23,530 nt of DNA from assembly GCA_016839815.1 (NCBI GenBank), contig JAEOTM010000046.1:1-23530 (forward strand), in the 5' to 3' direction. Below the pieces are notes generated by a model. That model had not been told where the DNA came from. It did no database searches and saw only the letters and a list, made by a program, of their open reading frames with translations. Positions 17,869 through 23,530 of the stretch are shown in pieces (within the stretch, counting starts at the first letter, position 1; every line of letters begins with the position of its first letter). The position numbers and the translations under genes were made by a program. The stretch is from Candidatus Hodarchaeota archaeon. GTDB lineage: Archaea > Asgardarchaeota > Heimdallarchaeia > Hodarchaeales > Hodarchaeaceae.

Positions 17869-18159
17869 TAATCATTCTCCTAGTATTTTCTTTGTACGGT
17901 GATGGAATTGTTATTTATGATTATGCCTTGAAAGATCGAAATATTTGCTACTAATTCCGTAATGTCAGATCTAATCAATACGCGACTAATTTTTTCAGAA
18001 TCTATGTCGCTAAAATCGAAAATAAATATTTAAAGAAGTGAATTCTTTTTAGAGCATTGTTCTCAGAAGGATTTATTGAAAGCAGGGAAGTAATTAAATT
18101 GGACAAATTACCCCAAATCCTCGATTTGTCCTCCATCAAACAAAGATGAGTAAAATACA

Positions 18160-18951
18160 ATGAATTTCAAGTATGATTTTACTGTTAAAGACGTTTCTGA
18201 TGCATATGATGGTGTTGTGGGTGTATTATGGGAAGTGTTGATGGGAGAACACATCCATGTAGGAGGAGAAAAGGAAACGGAAAGGTTAGCAAAGAAGTTA
18301 CAGGTAAATGACAAGTATGTACTGGACATCTGTTCTGCACTAGGTGGTCCAGCTAGATACCTAGCAAAAAACTTCAATGCTTCTGTACTTGGAGTAGATA
18401 TTACTAAAACTATGTTAGATAAGGCTAATACACGTACTATTAAGGAGGGGTTGCAGGATAAAATAGAATATCGGAGAGGTAACGCCTTGGATTTACCAGT
18501 GAGTAGTAATAGTATGGATATCGTTTGGGGACAAGATGCCTGGTGTTACATAACTGATAAATCACGATTAATTTACGAAGCTGTTAGAGTCTGCAAACAA
18601 AAAGGGAAGATTGGCTTTACAGATTGGATTTTAGGTTCTACTCCCCTAGAAAAGGAAGAAGCTGACACTCTGTTTGAATTCATGATTTTTCCAAATTTAG
18701 AAACTCTTGAAGGATATCAAATACTCTTAGAGGAGAATAATTGTAAAGTAATTGAGGTGGAAGATCTTCAAGATGATTTTGCGATTCATCTGAAGCATTA
18801 TCTTGAAAAATTGGTAGGGATGAAAGAAGTAATTACCCAAGAATTCAGCGCAGAATTGTACGAAATCGCTGAAGCTGGAGTGAAAGCGTGGAAAAAGGCT
18901 GCGGAAGAGGGGAAAGTTTCACGTGGATTGTGGATTGCTGAAAAAGTATAA
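18160..18951 (+). CDS. Class I SAM-dependent methyltransferase (resembles the sarcosine/dimethylglycine and phosphoethanolamine N-methyltransferase group)
   Basis: EHIHVGG, VLDICSALGGPARYLA, GVDIT, GNALDLP and DIVWGQDAWCY. Confidence 0.88.
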   Translation: MNFKYDFTVKDVSDAYDGVVGVLWEVLMGEHIHVGGEKETERLAKKLQVNDKYVLDICSALGGPARYLAKNFNASVLGVDITKTMLDKANTRTIKEGLQDKIEYRRGNALDLPVSSNSMDIVWGQDAWCYITDKSRLIYEAVRVCKQKGKIGFTDWILGSTPLEKEEADTLFEFMIFPNLETLEGYQILLEENNCKVIEVEDLQDDFAIHLKHYLEKLVGMKEVITQEFSAELYEIAEAGVKAWKKAAEEGKVSRGLWIAEKV

Positions 18952-18965
18952 AGGATACAATAAAA

Positions 18966-20030
18966 GTGTTCGATGAACCAAATTCTGCCTTCCTTCACGG
19001 AGGAATGTCATCAGAAGCTCTAATTCAAAAGAAATATTTTAACGAGGGTTTGATATATACCTTACAAATTGAATTGACACTTAAATGTGCACAAGGATGT
19101 TCTTACTGCTACGCAGAATCAACACCATCAAGTCCTGAACTTTTAGACTCCAAAGAAATAAAGAGAATCATTGATGAGGCTGCTGAGATTAAAGTTAGGT
19201 GTATTGACTGGTTGGGAGGAGATCCTCTTGTCCGAAGTGACTGGTACGACTTATTAATGTACGCTCAACAAAAAGGGTTGATAAATAACATCTGGACCTC
19301 TGGTATTCCGTTAAAAAACAAAACAATCGCAAAAAAAGCCGTTGAGGTAACTCAAAACGGTGGATTTATCTCTGTACATCTTGATTCACTGAATCCTGAC
19401 GTGTACAAACAAATTCATTCTTTCAAAATTGAAGAAAATATCGATGCCATACTTCAAGGGGTTGAAAATATAATCTCTTTCGGTAAGGATCCAAATGAAA
19501 TTTGGAACTGTATTACCTTGACAAAACCAGTAGCAGTCAATGACGTCTATGATACCATGGTATGGTTTTGGAATAAGAAGAAGATCAGAACTGTTCTTAC
19601 ACTTTATAATCCAGTTGCAAGTACTGATTCTCGAGAAGAATTAGTACCTTCAAATGCGTTAATACAGAAAGCTTACCAGGGACGAGATGAGATTATGTAT
19701 GGGGACGATTTATCTTTTTCAACAATGGATGTTAACAAATTCTATTGTGGAAGTATGATCTGTATTACGAATGAAGGGGATTACACTCCCTGTTCAGTTA
19801 TTCGTACAAAGGAATTTGGTAATCACCAAACTATAAGTCTGGTTGAACTTTTAGAGGAAAATCCAGGGGATATTTTGATGAAAAAACTTCGTAATCCAGA
19901 TGATCTACCTGAACCATGTTCAGATTGTGATCAGAATGAAGTTTGTTTCGGTTGTCGATCATCCGCATATTATTATTCTGGAGATATGTTTGGATGTGAC
20001 CCCAAATGTTCTAGATGTAATCCAAGCTGA
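18966..20030 (+). CDS. Radical SAM protein with SPASM domain
   Basis: CAQGCSYC and GGDPL, then C-terminal CGSMIC...PCS...CSDC...CFGCR...DPKC. Confidence 0.93.
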   Translation: MFDEPNSAFLHGGMSSEALIQKKYFNEGLIYTLQIELTLKCAQGCSYCYAESTPSSPELLDSKEIKRIIDEAAEIKVRCIDWLGGDPLVRSDWYDLLMYAQQKGLINNIWTSGIPLKNKTIAKKAVEVTQNGGFISVHLDSLNPDVYKQIHSFKIEENIDAILQGVENIISFGKDPNEIWNCITLTKPVAVNDVYDTMVWFWNKKKIRTVLTLYNPVASTDSREELVPSNALIQKAYQGRDEIMYGDDLSFSTMDVNKFYCGSMICITNEGDYTPCSVIRTKEFGNHQTISLVELLEENPGDILMKKLRNPDDLPEPCSDCDQNEVCFGCRSSAYYYSGDMFGCDPKCSRCNPS

Positions 20031-20107
20031 ATTCTAATTTTAGAGAGTAAAAAAAATGGATTTCCTCTCCCATAATTCCTTGTACTGATATTTCTACCTG
20101 TAGTTTT

Positions 20108-20878
20108 CTAGGAGTTTCCACCTAATACTCTTCTAAACCAACTAGGCATGAGATAACCAATCATACTACATAAACCTGCTAAGGAGGCCGTAACCCACGC
20201 CACAAAATACCATATGGTATATCCTGCACCCGCAAAACGATCAGCAAAGAAGAAGACAAAGACAAGCATTTCAAAGATTGCAGAGAAACTGATCATAAGA
20301 AAACCACCGCGAGAAACTCGGGTATTTGCTCGTATGGTTGCTTGGAATGCTTTCACAAACAAGATGAGAAAACCGAAGGTAGATACTACTACATGCCAGA
20401 TAAGCAGGTGAGGAGGTATATAGATTCCTGGAAGTTCTAAAAATGGTGCTGATTGTAATTGGAAAATAAAAATCAGTAGAAAACCGACTGTTACTCCATT
20501 TGCAAGTGTTATAAAATCTTTCAGATAGGGTATCCTAGAATCTTCATCAAAGAAGATATCTTCCGTGAAATAATATAAAAACACGTTACCAAGTAACGAG
20601 AATGTATAACCAACATTAATTCCAAGAGTAGAAATATCTATTTCATCCCCAGTAAGAAAGTTAGTCGTTTTAGTGCTAAATAGCATTAGTACGGCAACGA
20701 AATATAAAGTAAAACTTAAGAATAAGTTTCTTGTTGCATCTTTTCTAGTACTCCGCCATTTAGACATAAGATTCAACGTTAAATAAGCATATACTAGTAA
20801 AGCTGTACCCTCCGCAATTAATGCTAATGGAGGAATTTCTGAAACTTCTTGTTGAATTAGTAGTATCTCTGATATCAT
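20108..20878 (-). CDS. Seven-transmembrane protein of unknown function
   Basis: Seven hydrophobic segments with basic loops (KWRSTRK, RANTRVSR). GAGGTGA RBS precedes ATG 20878. Confidence 0.75.
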   Translation of the reverse strand: MISEILLIQQEVSEIPPLALIAEGTALLVYAYLTLNLMSKWRSTRKDATRNLFLSFTLYFVAVLMLFSTKTTNFLTGDEIDISTLGINVGYTFSLLGNVFLYYFTEDIFFDEDSRIPYLKDFITLANGVTVGFLLIFIFQLQSAPFLELPGIYIPPHLLIWHVVVSTFGFLILFVKAFQATIRANTRVSRGGFLMISFSAIFEMLVFVFFFADRFAGAGYTIWYFVAWVTASLAGLCSMIGYLMPSWFRRVLGGNS

Positions 20879-20889
20879 TTTATTCACCT

Positions 20890-21378
20890 CTACCATAAAC
20901 CACTGTCTTTGAGTTTATCTGCTACTTTTTCCTCTTTTTTCGTTACACAATGATCGGTGGATGTTTTTTTCAAGGAATTAATATTATTTACGATAATACG
21001 TTTAAATTCAGGAACTAGATGTTCATTTAGAACAGTATCAACAATCATTTCTTTTTCTTGATAAGAACGATAGAAGTTTTCGGCATGATTATTGATTGTA
21101 ACTAGAGTTGGATACCAACAATCGGAATTAGAATCACGAGTGATCGCTATTACGCTAAGTATTTCTTCAGAGCCCGTTATTATTAAATTGGCATTGTCTG
21201 TTTGAAATGAGGTTAATTGGCCGATCTCAAAATCGTGGGCCATCCCTCTTAGTGCAACTAAGAATCCACCAAATAAAACAGAATCTGTTTTTGTATGACC
21301 AAACTCAAAAGAGGAAATCGGAATTCCCGAATCCTTATCTATTATCCAAAGACCGATAAATCCTTGTGTATCTTCCAT
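20890..21378 (-). CDS. Longin/profilin-like-fold small protein (Asgard-type)
   Basis: GLWIIDKDSGIPI...DSVLFGGFLVALRGMAHD...LTSFQT pattern (beta-beta-alpha-beta-beta-beta-alpha), typical of longin-like domains. Confidence 0.65.
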   Translation of the reverse strand: MEDTQGFIGLWIIDKDSGIPISSFEFGHTKTDSVLFGGFLVALRGMAHDFEIGQLTSFQTDNANLIITGSEEILSVIAITRDSNSDCWYPTLVTINNHAENFYRSYQEKEMIVDTVLNEHLVPEFKRIIVNNINSLKKTSTDHCVTKKEEKVADKLKDSGLW

Positions 21379-21593
21379 GGAGTTGGTCGCCTTCCTTGAA
21401 GTCTTAATAATGAGGAATAAGAATTAACAATAATCTAGCTATGTAGTTAAACAGAATTAAACCCTTTTTAATAATAACTTTTCTAGTCAATAATTTGGTT
21501 TATTTCGTCATCTGAACCTCGTATATCCAAAGATCCTAACAGTTATAAGCACTATTCGATTAACTTTACTTACATATCTTAGATGGGATAAGT

Positions 21594-22277
21594 GTGCATA
21601 CGAAACCTCATAAACTTAGGGATATTGAAGAAGAGATTATGGAAGCGCTTTTTGATCTTCAATTATCACTTTGTGACGAATCTCATTTGAAAATGAAGCA
21701 AATTCTTGATCGTATAGGTCCGCAAGTTTCAAAAACGCAATTAACAAACATAGTCCAAAGAAAATTAGAAAAACTAGGATATGTGGAGTATATTCCATAT
21801 GAAGGGGTGCGTCTTACTGATGTGGGATTTCAAGTAGCACAAAAAATCGCTAGGAATCATAGACTGGCTGAAGCCATGCTTTATCAAATCTTTCACATGC
21901 CTTTTGAGACAATTCATGAACAAGCGTGTCTCCTAGAACATGCAATCTCTGATGAAATGGCACAGTATATTTTTGAAGCACTCCCAGAGAAAAGGACTCC
22001 TTTTGGAATTATGATTCCTATGTCTGTAAATGAAGATTACGCTTGCTCTGATCAAACCATAATAGACACTCCAAAGGGGTCATCAGTGAAATTAGTTCGA
22101 GTGTCAATTCATAATTATGAAACAGCCAATCAGCTTCTTAAATTCGGAATTAAAGGCATCGGAGAAAAAATTCAGGTATTAGAACATAAGAAAAATGGGA
22201 TAGTCATCCAAATTGATAATTCCGAATACACAATTCCTCTCAACCTTGCAGTTACACTCTATGTTGATCCAACTTAA
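21594..22277 (+). CDS. DtxR/MntR family metal-dependent transcriptional regulator with FeoA/SH3-like C-terminal domain
   Basis: GYVEYIPYEGVRLT, RNHRLAE and HEQACLLEHA motifs. Confidence 0.92.
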   Translation: MHTKPHKLRDIEEEIMEALFDLQLSLCDESHLKMKQILDRIGPQVSKTQLTNIVQRKLEKLGYVEYIPYEGVRLTDVGFQVAQKIARNHRLAEAMLYQIFHMPFETIHEQACLLEHAISDEMAQYIFEALPEKRTPFGIMIPMSVNEDYACSDQTIIDTPKGSSVKLVRVSIHNYETANQLLKFGIKGIGEKIQVLEHKKNGIVIQIDNSEYTIPLNLAVTLYVDPT

Positions 22278-22403
22278 CAAACTGTATCTTTACCTACAGA
22301 TTCACAAATCCGAACTTGAAGAAAAATATAAAATTCCTTGGTAGTCAACCCTAGCATTCTCGATTTTATTTATTCAGGTATTTTTCAATGGTGGTTATAT
22401 CAA

Positions 22404-22478
22404 ATGTCAGACATACAAGCGCATATTAAGAAGCTTGCAGATGAAATAGGTCCACGAGGATCAACTTCATATGTATGA
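22404..22478 (+). pseudogene. Truncated N-terminal remnant of an M28-family peptidase-like gene
   Basis: MSDIQAHIKKLADEIGPRGSTSYV* with a GGTGG RBS. L..EIGPR resembles the M28 N-terminal signature, and no continuation is recognisable. Confidence 0.55.
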
Positions 22479-22667
22479 ATGTTACCATGTCGTTGGTTAG
22501 GTTAAGGAAAGTATATACATACACTTTGCGGGTAAGTGGGGGAAGCCCCAAAAAATGTCATGTTTTTACAAAAGTTAACCATGCACAAATAAAAGCAGTA
22601 GAGTAAGATATAAAGATTTAAAAAGAATTGAATGATCTAATTAAAACTACACGAAAGAGGGGTTTTT

Positions 22668-23530
22668 TTGAATACTAGAAATCTAGAAAAGATAATTATA
22701 ATCTTCTCGCTTCTGTTAATGGCTATATCTTCAATCAATCAAGCGAAATCAGAGATAATATTCGAAATCTGGGAAGAAAATTTTGAGGACGACACATGGG
22801 CTGATAACTGGGACCTTGTAGGTTATCTTCGAGATAAATTAGCAGGCGGGGGAGTTTACTACGAACTTGTTGATCCAGACTTCAGTGTTGTTAATGGTAT
22901 ATTAACAGCACCAAAAGCTCAAGTTGACAATAAAACAAGCATGGCTTTTCATGATAGCAACGTAGCATATGGCAACTGGAGTTTTGATTGGTTTGCTAAA
23001 GAAGATGTTACCCCTGTGGATCGTCCATGGGATGTCATCAGTTTCATGTGGAACGATTCGAAATATAACTATAATTACCCCCTCGGGATGACTGAACCAG
23101 AGGCCTTAAATTTTTCTAAAGGTTATTTCTTAGATATTGACTGTTATAGTAATCCATCCACCTCTGCCATACTTCTTGGTGTTATGAAGTTTCCCCATTA
23201 TGAGTTCCTTGTTAGCTATGATTATAGTGGTAGTCTCACTCGTACTGGTTCCCACCATTTTGATATTACACGAGATCTCCAAGGACAATTTAAGGTGTAT
23301 CTTGATTCAGAATTAATTCTCCAAGCAACGGACAATTCTTCAGTCACATCGGAGAAATTTTCATTTATATCTTATAATGGTGAATCAGGAATTGACAATA
23401 TTACTGTTAGCGGTACTTTCACGTCCACCATAACTACTACCACTAGTACTACTCCTACCACTACTTCTACCACTACTTCTACCACTACTTCTACCACTAC
23501 TCCCACCACTTCTCCTAATTCCTCATCTAC
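22668..23530 (+). CDS. Secreted/surface protein: signal peptide, beta-rich (ConA/LamG-like) domain, Thr/Ser-rich stalk (runs off window end)
   Basis: Not in the ORF track. Open frame from TTG 22668 (RBS GAGGGG): MNTRNLEKIIIIFSLLLMAISSINQAKS..WEENFED..AYGNWSFDW..HHFDITRDLQGQFKVYLD..GIDNITVS..TTTTSTTPTTTS. Confidence 0.85.
   Translation, partial: MNTRNLEKIIIIFSLLLMAISSINQAKSEIIFEIWEENFEDDTWADNWDLVGYLRDKLAGGGVYYELVDPDFSVVNGILTAPKAQVDNKTSMAFHDSNVAYGNWSFDWFAKEDVTPVDRPWDVISFMWNDSKYNYNYPLGMTEPEALNFSKGYFLDIDCYSNPSTSAILLGVMKFPHYEFLVSYDYSGSLTRTGSHHFDITRDLQGQFKVYLDSELILQATDNSSVTSEKFSFISYNGESGIDNITVSGTFTSTITTTTSTTPTTTSTTTSTTTSTTTPTTSPNSSS
23457..23516 (+). repeat. 12-bp coding tandem repeat (ACCACTACTTCT), encoding TTTS
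   Basis: Three exact copies at 23457-23492, followed by two degenerate copies (ACCACTACTCCC, ACCACTTCTCCT). Confidence 0.9.

Noticed and set aside
17897-17920. Fluoride-riboswitch-like GGTGATGG (9-mer CGGTGATGG also at 14291)
   Set aside because: The complementary stem and downstream conserved segment are absent, the orientation does not fit the adjacent gene, and the 9-mer match could be chance.
17962-18033. 23-codon ORF as a RiPP precursor for the SPASM enzyme
   Set aside because: No RBS, no Cys-rich or repetitive core, and it overlaps the likely promoter.
18160-20030. ArsM + ArsS arsenosugar genes
   Set aside because: The methyltransferase lacks the ArsM GCG and SNCV cysteine motifs. 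The radical SAM has a SPASM tail rather than the ArsS-type C-terminal domain.
20028-20075. Selenocysteine readthrough of the radical SAM TGA
   Set aside because: The TGA is not at a conserved Cys position, the extension is a short featureless peptide, and no SECIS is recognisable.
1111-20411. Short ORF-track entries nested in larger genes (1111, 1173, 1564, 3810, 6747, 8182, 10912, 12387, 15037, 15045, 15656, 15939, 17537, 18108, 18798, 20214)
   Set aside because: All overlap well-supported CDSs in another frame or strand and show no recognisable motifs.
20108-20878. Microbial rhodopsin
   Set aside because: No retinal-binding Lys motif in helix 7.
22493-22510. DtxR box-like TTAGGTTA
   Set aside because: Only a half-site resemblance, with no matching inverted half.
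23433-23516. CRISPR array or non-coding repeat
   Set aside because: The 12-bp units have no spacers and lie in frame within a CDS encoding a Thr/Ser linker.

Overview
AT-rich archaeal-type chromosomal segment (TTTAAA/TTATAA promoter boxes, GGAGG/AGGTGA ribosome-binding sites). The longin-like protein, 7TM protein, zinc-ribbon membrane proteins and Thr-tailed secreted protein suggest an Asgard archaeon, probably Heimdallarchaeia-like (inference). In order it holds: a partial saccharopine-dehydrogenase-like gene, a vapBC pair, a degenerate Fpg/Nei homologue, a UroD/MtaA-thioredoxin fusion plus CobW GTPase, a five-gene operon (CX5R phosphatase, LarA-family enzyme, YeeE/YedE transporter, GT2, DUF2064/TIGR04282-like transferase), a PadR-HAAS module with a repeated palindrome, a 4Fe-4S protein, an Egghead-like GT2 plus GT-C pair, DoxX, a methyltransferase plus radical SAM/SPASM pair behind a possibly structured leader, a longin plus 7TM pair, a DtxR regulator, an M28 peptidase remnant and a partial secreted protein. 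The best candidates for an undescribed system are the LarA/YeeE/transferase operon together with the nearby GT-C, and the longin-7TM module. No rRNA, tRNA, CRISPR array or transposase was seen. All family calls come from motif recognition by eye, not database searches.
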